A stretch of DNA of 64,000 nucleotides from Patescibacteria group bacterium (GCA_041649475.1 JBAZNA010000001.1:814594-878593); one strand, 5' to 3'; positions 26,130-37,178 are shown, numbered from the stretch's first letter. Numbers and translations: made by a program. The notes: generated by a model from the letters alone, not told the origin.

Positions 26130-27190
26130 TTCAAATACGCCTCTGAAAGGGGTAATAAATTTCCTTCCAATACACCCTCCGGATCAGCGGATTCATAATC
26201 GGTGCGGTGATCTTTTACCATGTGATAAGGATGTAAAACATAAGATCGGATTTGATTGCCCCATTCAGCGGATTTGTATTCTCCGCGAAGTTCCTGTTTT
26301 TCTTTAGCCAATCTTTCCTGCTCTAATCTGTATAATTTAGCTTTCAAGACCTTCATGGCCATCTCTTTATTTTGCTGTTGTGATCTTTCATTCTGGCAAG
26401 ATACGCTGATATTGGTCGGCAGGTGGACAATACGCACGGCCGAATAAGTTGTATTGACGCTTTGCCCGCCGTGGCCGCCGGACATAAAGGTGTCAATGCG
26501 GATATCTTTGGGGTCAATATTGATATTTATATTTTCATCAACTTCAGGCAAAACTTCAATCAAGGCAAAAGAGGTGTGGCGCATTTTTTCCGCGTCAAAC
26601 GGAGAAATGCGCACCAGGCGATGCACCCCGTGTTCAGATTTCAAATATCCATACGCATACCTGCCCTTAACTTCAAAAGTTATGGATTTATATCCGGCTT
26701 CAGCGCCTTTTGACTCATCCAAAATTTTTGTCTGCCAGCCCTGTTTTTCGCAAAAGCGCATCACCATGCGAAGTAGCATCTCCGCCCAATCCTGTGCTTC
26801 GGTTCCTCCGCTTCCGGCGTGAATCGCGATAATGGCATTGCTTTTATCATACGGACCGCTTAACAAAACATACAATTCATATTGCTGATATTCTTTTTCT
26901 AGCGCGCTGGTTTGGGCTTCAATTTCTTTAGTCATTTCTTCGTCAGCCCCATCGATTAATTCCAAAAGGTCTTTGGCCTTTTTTTCCAAGTCCTCAAATT
27001 TTTCCACTTCCTTTTTTATATCCTGATAATCCTGGGATATGGTTTGAGCGTTTTCCGCGTTATTCCAAAAATCCGGAGCCGACATCTCTTGCGACAATTG
27101 CTCCATTTTTTGTTTGAGTTCTTTGATGTTCAAAATTTTTTCTGTTTGAACAATTTTTGTATACAACTCATTTAACCGCTCCTTTAACAT
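26114..27190 (-). CDS. prfB: peptide chain release factor 2
   Basis: GGQ motif (SGGHGGQSVNTT) and RF2-specific SPF motif (RISPFD). ORF is continuous; no +1 frameshift site. Confidence 0.85.
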   Translation of the reverse strand: MLKERLNELYTKIVQTEKILNIKELKQKMEQLSQEMSAPDFWNNAENAQTISQDYQDIKKEVEKFEDLEKKAKDLLELIDGADEEMTKEIEAQTSALEKEYQQYELYVLLSGPYDKSNAIIAIHAGSGGTEAQDWAEMLLRMVMRFCEKQGWQTKILDESKGAEAGYKSITFEVKGRYAYGYLKSEHGVHRLVRISPFDAEKMRHTSFALIEVLPEVDENININIDPKDIRIDTFMSGGHGGQSVNTTYSAVRIVHLPTNISVSCQNERSQQQNKEMAMKVLKAKLYRLEQERLAKEKQELRGEYKSAEWGNQIRSYVLHPYHMVKDHRTDYESADPEGVLEGNLLPLSEAYLKWIKS

Positions 27191-27199
27191 ACGAAGTTT

Positions 27200-28840
<1,641 letters not shown>

Positions 28841-28863
28841 TTAAGATCAAAAAAATTAAAAAT

Positions 28864-29169
28864 TTATTCAATGATTGCGACCACATCGCTTTTATCTTCG
28901 TCTTTGCCAACGTATAAAATTTTGTATTCAATTTCGTCTTTGCCTTTGCCAACCTTCACATCTTCCCCACCCCATTTTTTATATAATATTCTATCGCCGA
29001 CTTTAAAACCCAACTTGGCGACGGCGTCGCCGTTACCCAAAGCAATAATTTCGCCTTCGGCTTTTTTTTCTTTATCAACGGTTTCGGGCAAAACAATACC
29101 AGAGGCCGTAACCTCTTCCTCTTTTATTGGCTTTACCAAAACCCTGTCTCCCAATGGTTTTATGGACAT
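28864..29169 (-). CDS. groS: co-chaperonin GroES
   Basis: MSIKPLGDRVLVKPIKEEEVTASGIVLPE... Start set at the internal Met matching the GroES N-terminus. Confidence 0.9.
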   Translation of the reverse strand: MSIKPLGDRVLVKPIKEEEVTASGIVLPETVDKEKKAEGEIIALGNGDAVAKLGFKVGDRILYKKWGGEDVKVGKGKDEIEYKILYVGKDEDKSDVVAIIE

Positions 29170-29212
29170 ATTTTTATATAAAAATAGATGAATTAGGGGT
29201 GAATTAAGGGTA

Positions 29213-29239
29213 TTATCACTCAAATTATGGGAGTGATAA
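29213..29239. promoter_or_regulatory. CIRCE-like HrcA operator (TTATCACTC-N9-GAGTGATAA)
   Basis: Perfect inverted repeat with a 9-nt spacer, 44 nt upstream of the groES ATG. Each half matches 8 of 9 positions of the CIRCE consensus TTAGCACTC-N9-GAGTGCTAA. Confidence 0.7.
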
Positions 29240-29249
29240 TTGTGAATAC

Positions 29250-29278
29250 ATTATACAATATTTTTAAAAAATGTCAAG
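29250..29278 (-). promoter_or_regulatory. sigma70-type promoter of groES-groEL operon (TTGACA ... TGTATAAT)
   Basis: Minus-strand reading is TTGACAttttttaaaaatattgTATAATg. The -35 is consensus and the -10 is extended, lying immediately upstream of CIRCE. Confidence 0.6.
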
Positions 29279-29288
29279 AACCCATGGG

Positions 29289-29363
29289 TGGTGGACCGGC
29301 GGGGACTCGAACCCCGAACACCGCTTACCAAGGGCGGTATTTTACCAGTTAAACTACCGGCCC
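29289..29363 (-). tRNA. tRNA with encoded CCA; anticodon loop CUUGGUA (UGG/Pro most likely, GGU/Thr not excluded)
   Basis: Reverse complement GGGCCGGTAGTTTAACTGGTAAAATACCGCCCTTGGTAAGCGGTGTTCGGGGTTCGAGTCCCCGCCGGTCCACCA folds with a 7-bp acceptor (one G-U pair), D-loop with GG, T-arm CGGGG-TTCGAGT-CCCCG. The anticodon stem has a C-A mismatch or a 9-nt loop. Confidence 0.55.
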
Positions 29364-29510
29364 GCAGTCCACCGGTACGAGTGTAACACAAAGGCGATAA
29401 AAAGATTTTAAAATAAAAATAAAAGATCCCTCTATTTAAGAAGAACCTTTTACTGGTAAGCGATGTGTAGCCAATAGTTTAACTGGCTATCGCCCTTTGA
29501 TTTAAAATTA

Positions 29511-30821
29511 TCACGACCCAACCGTGCTGTCAAGTTTTCCTGCCCCCATTCCCCACACCACAAACCAGAAAACCACGCCTGTCCACATACTCCAGAGCCA
29601 ATGATCAAACAATCCGGCGCATAACAAAGCAATAATAACCGGCAAAAAAAATAAATTATTTTTTGAGATTTTCTCCAGCCATTTTAGATGAAAAATTAAG
29701 AAAATTATTATCCCGACCAATCCCCACTCCACCAAAATCAACAAATAAATATTATGCACCGGCTGATATTGATAGGACGGCCAATTTATATTTTTTTGAT
29801 ACAGCGCGTAGGTGAACGCGCCCGGACCGACGCCAAATAGTAACTTGGCCGGCTTCAATAAAGATACAGCTTCGCCATATTGAACCTGCCTTTCATAAAT
29901 TGATTTCTGTTCCAGCCGGTTACTCAAATTAAACCGCGCCGCAAAAACCGGATACAAAATTGCTAAAAAACAAATGGATAATAAAATATAAAAAATGGCT
30001 TGCTTACTGAAATCAAACAGCTTGCTTCTTTCTTTTATATAAATAATTATTTTTAAAGTTATCAAACCAACCACTGCCGCCAGCCATGCCCCGCGTGAAA
30101 AACTCAAAATCAAGCCGGATAAAACAAACAATTGGCCGACACTTAAAAAAATCTTCAACTTGGCATCGGTTTCTCTTAAATATAAAATCAAACCAACCAA
30201 TAATAAAATAGCCAGATAAATTCCCAAAGAATTAGGCGAACCAAAACTGCCATAAGCGCGCAACCACCTCTCTTCACCAAACTCAATTACACTGGCACCG
30301 GCCTGCCGGCCGAACTGTTCGGCCATGCCTAGCCATTTGGAAGCAAACACATGCTGGATAAAAAATTGATGTAAGGCCAATAAACCCTGCGGAATGCCGC
30401 CGAGCCATAAAGCATACATGGATTTTTTATAAAAACCCTCACCCTGTCCGGCCAAGATCATAAACAGGCACAGGCCTTCAATCACATACAAAACAAAATT
30501 ATAAGAAACCTGCCAATTAACGCTTTGCCAAACCGAAATTATCAAAAATAAAATAAAACCCAAACCAATCCATAAATTTTTCTTATGGGTGCGATAATGT
30601 TCCTTGCTGAAAATTCGGTGCCAAAACTCATATTTGCCAAAATTGGCAATTATAAAAAATACTACCAAGAGCGCCCATAAAATCTCCGTGCCGTATAAGC
30701 TGTACGTCCCGTACTCCCAAGCGCCGCCGTTTAATTTCCCGTAATGCCAAATCCAGCGCGTTTGCCACGGAAGCAAAAACAAAAAAATCCACAATAAATA
30801 ATTACTGATTTTGCGAAGCAT
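29511..30821 (-). CDS. O-antigen ligase (Wzy_C/WaaL) family polytopic membrane protein
   Basis: 10-12 predicted TM helices. Conserved LSFSRGAWLAAVVG motif typical of the Wzy_C domain, with a large external loop. Confidence 0.5.
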   Translation of the reverse strand: MLRKISNYLLWIFLFLLPWQTRWIWHYGKLNGGAWEYGTYSLYGTEILWALLVVFFIIANFGKYEFWHRIFSKEHYRTHKKNLWIGLGFILFLIISVWQSVNWQVSYNFVLYVIEGLCLFMILAGQGEGFYKKSMYALWLGGIPQGLLALHQFFIQHVFASKWLGMAEQFGRQAGASVIEFGEERWLRAYGSFGSPNSLGIYLAILLLVGLILYLRETDAKLKIFLSVGQLFVLSGLILSFSRGAWLAAVVGLITLKIIIYIKERSKLFDFSKQAIFYILLSICFLAILYPVFAARFNLSNRLEQKSIYERQVQYGEAVSLLKPAKLLFGVGPGAFTYALYQKNINWPSYQYQPVHNIYLLILVEWGLVGIIIFLIFHLKWLEKISKNNLFFLPVIIALLCAGLFDHWLWSMWTGVVFWFVVWGMGAGKLDSTVGS

Positions 30822-31764
30822 ATATTTTTTTTAACCATTCCCCGCGAAAACGCTCGCGCGCGTCTTGTTCGTGAAATTTGAGCATGCTATCGGAAATCAC
30901 CACGCCCTTATCCCCTTTCCGTTCAATATCCTTGCCGGAAAATTTCATTTTGGCCAGCTGAATTTTTTTGGCTTGCGTTTCAATCAGTTTGCCATAATCC
31001 CCCTGCCACATCGCCTGCCACATTTTTTTCCAAATTCGGCCAAAAGCCGAATCGCGCACTGCAAATAGATAAGAGGCCGGCTTGACCCGAAAAGTATTCG
31101 GCAAAAACTTTTCCGTCCAGCGATTGGCGTCTAAAAATTTTTGATAATAATTTTCCGGATCATAAATCGGAATCAATTTATGAATCCAATAAACCAAATA
31201 AATATCTTCGTCAACGATTTTCAAAGGCGAGAGGTCCAAATTGTCGTCGGCGGCAAAAAAACTTAGACAAACTTTATTTTTTGCCTTGTCGCCAACCCGC
31301 CTAAGCCGGAATAAACTTAATAAAAACGCGGCAAACAACCGAACCAGCCAAATCCGATTTTTTTCGGTTATAATAAAAAAATCAATATCACTGCCCTCGC
31401 CGGCCTGGCCGAAGGCCACTGAATTACAGACAAAAACTGCTTTTAAAAACGGCACTGACCGAATCTTTTTGGCGGCGCGGCGGGCGATTTTTAATTTTTC
31501 CGAAGATACTAACAGCCCTTCATTTCTTTTATATACATTGGCTTCTTTGCCGGCCAAAAAATAATACCCGCCCTGATATTTTATCTTTTCTTTATCTATA
31601 TTTTCTAAATTTTTTAGGAATTCTTCATAGCTAATATGTATGCCCTCCCCCGTCCCCGGCCCTTGCCATAAAAATTCAAACAACTCCTCTTTGGTAAGGG
31701 GATAACCAAAAATATCAAAATAAGAGAGGGTTTTGATAATTGATTGATCCAGAAGAGAAGACAT
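30802..31764 (-). CDS. nucleotidyltransferase-domain protein (Pol-beta superfamily)
   Basis: [GS]-x9-DxD motif NSVAFGQAGEGSDIDFFII. No adjacent HEPN partner seen. Confidence 0.45.
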   Translation of the reverse strand: MSSLLDQSIIKTLSYFDIFGYPLTKEELFEFLWQGPGTGEGIHISYEEFLKNLENIDKEKIKYQGGYYFLAGKEANVYKRNEGLLVSSEKLKIARRAAKKIRSVPFLKAVFVCNSVAFGQAGEGSDIDFFIITEKNRIWLVRLFAAFLLSLFRLRRVGDKAKNKVCLSFFAADDNLDLSPLKIVDEDIYLVYWIHKLIPIYDPENYYQKFLDANRWTEKFLPNTFRVKPASYLFAVRDSAFGRIWKKMWQAMWQGDYGKLIETQAKKIQLAKMKFSGKDIERKGDKGVVISDSMLKFHEQDARERFRGEWLKKIYASQNQ

Positions 31765-31778
31765 ACACCTTTTTGATT

Positions 31779-32048
31779 TTATTCTTCCGGCGTTGCCATG
31801 GCCCCAAAATCTTTGGCGGCGTTAACTTTTAAGACATTGTCAAAAACAATAATTTTTTCGGCGGTGATATCTTTAACCTGCGTGTGATTTATCAGATAAT
31901 ATTTGGCGCTTAACACATTGGGCCTGACCAAATATTGCGTCACAGTATGCGCACCGACGTCAATTTCCAAATCACAAACACGGCCAAGCTTAATGCCTGA
32001 TTCTGTATAAACCGGCAGATGCGTTAATTGACGCAAATTAATTATCAT
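31779..32048 (-). CDS. PRC-barrel domain protein (YlmC/YmxH family)
   Basis: 89 aa with LGRVCDLEID...YLV pattern of YlmC/YmxH PRC barrel proteins. Confidence 0.55.
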   Translation of the reverse strand: MIINLRQLTHLPVYTESGIKLGRVCDLEIDVGAHTVTQYLVRPNVLSAKYYLINHTQVKDITAEKIIVFDNVLKVNAAKDFGAMATPEE

Positions 32049-32839
32049 ACCGTGGGATTTGACGTAGTGGGGGGAGTGATAGGAGGGGTCGGAGGAACAG
32101 CCGGAGCAGCCGGTGAACCGGGTTCACTGGTCTTCTTATTTAATAATATCTGCTGAAGTGCCATTAGTACGGTTCCAAAAAACCAATAAAGGGTAAGCCC
32201 GGCCGGAAGACCAATACCGATTACCACGGTCAAAATCGGCATAAAATACAGCATCTGTTTGTTCATCATGCTCATCATGGCTTCGTCTTTTCCTCCCGCG
32301 CCCGCCTCTTTTGGCGGTTGTTTTCTGACCAAGGTCTTTGCCTGCCAAAATTGAGCCGCACCGGCTAACACCGCTAAAACAATGTTCGGTTTGGCCATAT
32401 CAAAAATCCCGAACGACATAGAACTTATCGTGCCCGGATTGGCTACAAAGGAATAAAGGTTGGTTGCCAAATTGCTTGAAGCCAAGGCATCGCGCAGTAC
32501 CGTATACAAAGCAATTAAAATCAAAAGTTGAATGATGAGCGGCAAACAGGAAGAAAATGGATTGACTTTGTTGTTTTTATACAATTCCATTATCGCCTGG
32601 GTCTGTTTTTGCTGATCGCCGGCATATTGTTTTTTAATCTCGTTCATTTTCGGCTGAATCTCCTGCATTGATCTCTGCGCTTTTATTGAGGAACTTGTTA
32701 GGGGATACAAGATCAGGCGCACAAAGATGGTAATAATGATAATAACAACTCCAACATCATGACCGGGGATGATATTATATAACCAAACGAACAAGTTAAA
32801 TATCGGCTGATATAAAATTGTGTTAAAAAGGGCAACCAT
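32045..32839 (-). CDS. yidC: membrane protein insertase YidC (short form)
   Basis: PIFNLFVWLYN...IIIITIFVRLILYPLT and MNEIKKQY...AIMELYKNNKVNP YidC/Oxa1 core motifs. Confidence 0.8.
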   Translation of the reverse strand: MVALFNTILYQPIFNLFVWLYNIIPGHDVGVVIIIITIFVRLILYPLTSSSIKAQRSMQEIQPKMNEIKKQYAGDQQKQTQAIMELYKNNKVNPFSSCLPLIIQLLILIALYTVLRDALASSNLATNLYSFVANPGTISSMSFGIFDMAKPNIVLAVLAGAAQFWQAKTLVRKQPPKEAGAGGKDEAMMSMMNKQMLYFMPILTVVIGIGLPAGLTLYWFFGTVLMALQQILLNKKTSEPGSPAAPAVPPTPPITPPTTSNPTV

Positions 32840-32868
32840 AATTTCAGGCGTTTAAATTTTTTAAATTA

Positions 32869-34107
32869 TTATTTTATTTCTTCAGTTGTTTCCGCTGGTT
32901 TTTCTTCGGCCGGCGTTTCTTCGGCCGCGGCTTCTTCTTCGGGCACTTCCTCCGAAGATAAGGCCTGCGAACCGCCATCCTCATTGACGTTTATTTTCCA
33001 ACCGGTCAACTCGGCGGCCAAACGCACATTCTGACCACTGCGGCCAATGGCCAGAGAAAACTGATCCGGAGCCACACTGACATCGGCGATTCTCTCGGCG
33101 TCATTTAATTTAACATCCAAGACCCTGGCCGGTGACAGGGCATTGGCAATATATTCAGCGCTGTTTTCATTGTATAAAATCACGTCAATTTTTTCACCGC
33201 CCAATTCTTCAATAATGGTATTGATGCGGCCGCCGCGCTGGCCGATACATGAACCAATCGGATCAATGGACTCGTCACTGGTAAACACCGCTACTTTGGA
33301 TCTGTAACCGGGATCGCGGGCCACGCCTTTTATCTCAATTAAATTTTCATTTATCTCCGGAATTTCTTGTTTGAAAATTTCTTTCACCATGCCAATATGA
33401 GTTCTTGACAGCACAATTTCCGGACCGCGCGGAGTCATTTGCACGGCCGCGACATAAAATTTCATACGCGCACCCGGACGATAACGATCGCGCGGGCTTT
33501 GCTGATCACCGGGCAAAACCCCGGTCACTTTGCCAAAATCAACCAACACCTTTCTGGCTTCGGCTCTTTGAACGGTGCCCATAACCACGGTACCTTCTTG
33601 TCCTTTGAAATCATTAAACACCATATTGCGTTCGGCCTCACGAATTTTCTGAATAATAACCTGCTTGGCGGTTTGGGCGGCCATGCGGCCGAAATCATGG
33701 GGAATTTCCAAAGCAATCTCAAGCACATCGCCCAGTTTGGCGCCCTTTTTAATTTTCTTCGCTTCAGCAATCATCAGTTCGGTTTTGGGGTTGAAGCGGG
33801 GCAAATCGGCAATTTCTTCGTCAGTCAGTTCTCGGCCTTCTTCGCGGGCTTTTTCCCTTCTGGCTGTAAGTTCATCCTGGGCCTTGGTTAAAACCTCCTC
33901 ATCAATATCCGCGACCACGGTTTTAATATCCCAAACCTGCATATCGCCAGATTCCGGATCAAATTTTACTTTAATATTTTGCTGTTTATTGCCAAAATCC
34001 TTGCGGTAGGCGGCCGCCAAAGCATACTCAATGGCTTCCATCACCGAGTCATAGGATAGATTTTTTTCATCGCACAAAAATTGGATTGCCTTAGTTATTT
34101 CCGACAT
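32869..34107 (-). CDS. nusA: transcription termination/antitermination factor NusA
   Basis: N-terminal domain, S1 domain and two KH domains (IGSCIGQRGGRINTIIEELGGEKIDV). Acidic C-terminal tail. Confidence 0.85.
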   Translation of the reverse strand: MSEITKAIQFLCDEKNLSYDSVMEAIEYALAAAYRKDFGNKQQNIKVKFDPESGDMQVWDIKTVVADIDEEVLTKAQDELTARREKAREEGRELTDEEIADLPRFNPKTELMIAEAKKIKKGAKLGDVLEIALEIPHDFGRMAAQTAKQVIIQKIREAERNMVFNDFKGQEGTVVMGTVQRAEARKVLVDFGKVTGVLPGDQQSPRDRYRPGARMKFYVAAVQMTPRGPEIVLSRTHIGMVKEIFKQEIPEINENLIEIKGVARDPGYRSKVAVFTSDESIDPIGSCIGQRGGRINTIIEELGGEKIDVILYNENSAEYIANALSPARVLDVKLNDAERIADVSVAPDQFSLAIGRSGQNVRLAAELTGWKINVNEDGGSQALSSEEVPEEEAAAEETPAEEKPAETTEEIK

Positions 34108-34215
34108 ATTTTATTAAAAATAAATTACTTAAGAAAAAAGCAGCTTCTTATTAAAGCTACTTTGATAATAAGATAATATCACAGATATTTAAACTTGTCA
34201 AATCTTGAGATAAAG

Positions 34216-34857
34216 TTAGTCGTGCGGATTATAAATCCATTCGCAATTTTTACTGCGGGCGATATCAGCCGGAGTCACCTCTTCAAGCGCCAGGGGCAAA
34301 TCCCGCTTGTCCATTCCGTCTTTAAAAACTACGGCCTGTTTCTGTTCTTTGGCCACAGCGTTATAAAAAGCTTTTTGTATGAATGAACTGCAGACAAAAG
34401 TATCCTTATTTATTAGAAAATCCTTGACATGCTTATTGCCGCCTTTTAATTTAAGCTCCACAAATTTAAGCAAAAATCCCAGCAACCTCAAATAGTCATA
34501 GGGAATATCCACATTATTCATCAAAAACGACAGGACTCTGGCCCTGACTTCTTCGGACAGCCCGGGTACGCGTTTAACCCCCAGTTCCAAAAAATCAAAA
34601 TGTTTTGTGTATTTCTGGATGCGGTGAATTTCAATACCGTGATCTTCCGCGCTAATAATTAAAATATTCTTAAACAAACGACTCTTATTGGGCACAAAAA
34701 AAACAATGACGGCATGATTCCAATAACTACCCAAAATTTTCCGGATGGATCCGGAAAGCGCCGAACGGGTGTCTCTGGTTAAGATGATATCCGCTACCTG
34801 CAATTTTGATTCAATTTTTTTCCAAGCTGCGGCGCGCCTTTTACCCCGGGGCATCAT
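34216..34857 (-). CDS. YiiX/YaeF-family permuted papain-like (peptidase C92) protein, paralog 1
   Basis: ADIILTRDTRSALSGSIRKILGSYWNHAVIVF resembles the GDLIFxR...SxWSHVGIV motif. Downstream Cys motif TFVCSSFIQKAFY resembles KFYCSELV. No signal peptide. Confidence 0.55.
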   Translation of the reverse strand: MMPRGKRRAAAWKKIESKLQVADIILTRDTRSALSGSIRKILGSYWNHAVIVFFVPNKSRLFKNILIISAEDHGIEIHRIQKYTKHFDFLELGVKRVPGLSEEVRARVLSFLMNNVDIPYDYLRLLGFLLKFVELKLKGGNKHVKDFLINKDTFVCSSFIQKAFYNAVAKEQKQAVVFKDGMDKRDLPLALEEVTPADIARSKNCEWIYNPHD

Positions 34858-35489
34858 ATTAATTTTTTATTATATATCCAAACCGCCTTGCCGCTTTGGG
34901 CAATATCGGCCGGGGTGGTAATATCCTGCAATTCCATCGGCGACAAGAAATCCTCTCTAAAAATCATGTCCTCTCTTTTGTCCCATCCAGCCGCCTCGTA
35001 GAAGGCCTTCTGCACAAAACCGCTACAGCTGAATCTCTGTCTGCCCAGCAAATCTTCACTAAATTTTTTTGAAATCGCCGCGAGCAAAAACCGGGATAGT
35101 GTCAGTTTATAATAAGGGGCATCAACATTCATCAGCATAAAAGACAAAATTCTCTTTCTGGTTTCAGGGTCCAAATCCGGCACGCGCTTTATGCCGATTT
35201 CGTATTTTTCCGGATCTTTAAGATATTTATCCAATTTATGAACCTCTATGCCGCGCGGCGCAACCGCCTCAATAATCTGATTATAATATTGGCCCTTGGC
35301 AACATCTTTGGCAAACAACACTAGAGCCACATGATCCCAATAACTTTTCGTTACTTTCCTGATCAGATACCTTAAAAAATTTTTCTTTACGTGCACCAAA
35401 ACAATATCCGCTTCTTTTAAAGGGGGAATTATACCCTTCACGCGTTCCAGGGGAAAGGCGATGTAATTTCTCTCCTCCTTCGTGGACAT
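34854..35489 (-). CDS. YiiX/YaeF-family permuted papain-like (peptidase C92) protein, paralog 2
   Basis: Same architecture (ADIVLVHVKK...SYWDHVALVLF ... FSCSGFVQKAFY). 4-nt overlap with paralog 1. Confidence 0.55.
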   Translation of the reverse strand: MSTKEERNYIAFPLERVKGIIPPLKEADIVLVHVKKNFLRYLIRKVTKSYWDHVALVLFAKDVAKGQYYNQIIEAVAPRGIEVHKLDKYLKDPEKYEIGIKRVPDLDPETRKRILSFMLMNVDAPYYKLTLSRFLLAAISKKFSEDLLGRQRFSCSGFVQKAFYEAAGWDKREDMIFREDFLSPMELQDITTPADIAQSGKAVWIYNKKLI

Positions 35490-35504
35490 AAAATTAGTTT
35501 TTAT

Positions 35505-37178
35505 TTATTCCGTCACCCTGAACACCTCTTCAACCGAGGTGATTTTATCTAGCGCTTTAAGGAGCCCATCCTGCACCATTGTCACCATCCCATTTTTCAC
35601 GGCCAATTCCTGGATGGTGTATTCCGAAACCTGGGCGCTTAAAATAATCTGCTCCAGCTCTTTGCTCATGGTAAAAATTTCATAAATTCCAACTCTGCCT
35701 TTATAACCCAAGCCGCTGCACTCTTCACAGCCCTTGCCGTGGTAAAAATGCAATTTTTTTAAATTAACCTTTTTTTGCTCCGCCTCGGGCAGGGTTTCTA
35801 AACTTTTCACGACCTTGGCCATTACTTCAGGCGCCAGCTCAATTTCTTCCTGACAATGCGTGCAAATTTTACGCACCAATCTTTGGCCAATTACTGAATT
35901 TAAAGCCGGAGCCAATAAAAACGGCTTCACGCCCATTGACAGGAAACGGGGAACGGCTCCGGAAGCGCTGTTGGTATGAATTGTGGAAAGCATTAAGTGA
36001 CCAGTTAGGGCCGCCTGAATGGCAATCTCGGCGGTTTCCAAATCACGGATTTCGCCGACCATGCAGATATCCGGGTCCTGACGCAAAATGCTACGCAAAC
36101 CCTTGGCGAAAGTATAGTCGCGGCTGGCATCAACCTGGCTTTGATTGATTCCCTCCATTTTTATTTCCACCGGATCTTCCAAAGTGATGATTTTTACGCC
36201 CGGTTTATTTAAACCTTTCAAAATCGCATACATGGTGGTGGTCTTTCCGGAACCGGTAGGCCCGGTGGTGATAATCATGCCGTTCGGCCGCTCCACTTCT
36301 TTCTTTAGTCGTTCATAGGCCTCACCGCGGAGTCCCAATTCGTCAAAAGAAACGGTTTTACTGCCGCTGTATAAAATACGCATCACCACGCTCTCACCAT
36401 AAACGGTCGGCATGGTGGAAACGCGAACATCCAGATTGCCGGATGATAATTTCAAAGTTACACGCCCGTCTTGCGGGCGGTCATTGATGTTTATTTTCAA
36501 AGCCGCCAGAAGTTTTATGCGCGACACGAATTTTTTCCATTCTTCTTTGGGCAAGGTGGCCACGTCATGTAAAATTCCGTCAATGCGATAGCGCACCATG
36601 ATGCCGTTTTCTTCGGCCTCAACGTGAATATCGGAAGAATCAACCTTCAAGGCCGAAGCAATTATCAAAGTCAAAATGTCGGTAATGGAAACATTTTTAA
36701 ACTGCTCGGCCAAACTCCGAAAATCAACCACCCCGGCTTTAAATTTATTGAGTTCCTCATCAGTGATGTTGATATCTTTGGTCACCGGCTTAACAATCGG
36801 CAGGTTCGCGTATAATTTCAAAATCGCTTCCAAACTATTTTCCGAAATTAGATAAATTTTAACATTGCCATGGTGCCGTTCGCCGATCTGATATGCCATT
36901 TCTTTGATTTCATCACTATACTCAACGCATCCCAGCCGTATCTCATCCGCCAAATTAAAAAAACAGACCGCTTTGCTGGCTCTGGCCTCGGCTTCGGAAA
37001 TTAAGCGCAAGGCCTCCGATGACACCGGAAATCCAAACAAATCTATATACGGTAAATTTAAAGCCGCCGCCTTTTGGGCAACCAGTCCCTCTTTGGCTTT
37101 CACGTCCAGCTCCTCCATTTTTTTGGAAAACTTCGCGCCTGATGAACTCAAATTTCCGATTGAAGGAAAATCACTCAT
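35505..37178 (-). CDS. pilB: type II secretion / type IV pilus assembly ATPase (GspE/PilB family)
   Basis: Walker A GPTGSGKTTT, Asp box, His box, and C-terminal tetracysteine (CTHCQEE...CEECSGLGYKGR). Confidence 0.85.
   Translation of the reverse strand: MSDFPSIGNLSSSGAKFSKKMEELDVKAKEGLVAQKAAALNLPYIDLFGFPVSSEALRLISEAEARASKAVCFFNLADEIRLGCVEYSDEIKEMAYQIGERHHGNVKIYLISENSLEAILKLYANLPIVKPVTKDINITDEELNKFKAGVVDFRSLAEQFKNVSITDILTLIIASALKVDSSDIHVEAEENGIMVRYRIDGILHDVATLPKEEWKKFVSRIKLLAALKININDRPQDGRVTLKLSSGNLDVRVSTMPTVYGESVVMRILYSGSKTVSFDELGLRGEAYERLKKEVERPNGMIITTGPTGSGKTTTMYAILKGLNKPGVKIITLEDPVEIKMEGINQSQVDASRDYTFAKGLRSILRQDPDICMVGEIRDLETAEIAIQAALTGHLMLSTIHTNSASGAVPRFLSMGVKPFLLAPALNSVIGQRLVRKICTHCQEEIELAPEVMAKVVKSLETLPEAEQKKVNLKKLHFYHGKGCEECSGLGYKGRVGIYEIFTMSKELEQIILSAQVSEYTIQELAVKNGMVTMVQDGLLKALDKITSVEEVFRVTE

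Noticed and set aside
26114-27190. Programmed +1 frameshift site in prfB
   Set aside because: The RF2 ORF is continuous from its start codon. No CUU UGA C-type shifty site with an upstream SD-like element is present.
30802-31764. Nucleotidyltransferase as a CD-NTase (CBASS) or MNT-HEPN toxin-antitoxin component
   Set aside because: Only the generic Pol-beta GS...DxD motif is visible. There are no adjacent effector, HEPN or Cap genes. Neighbours are an O-antigen ligase-like protein and YlmC.
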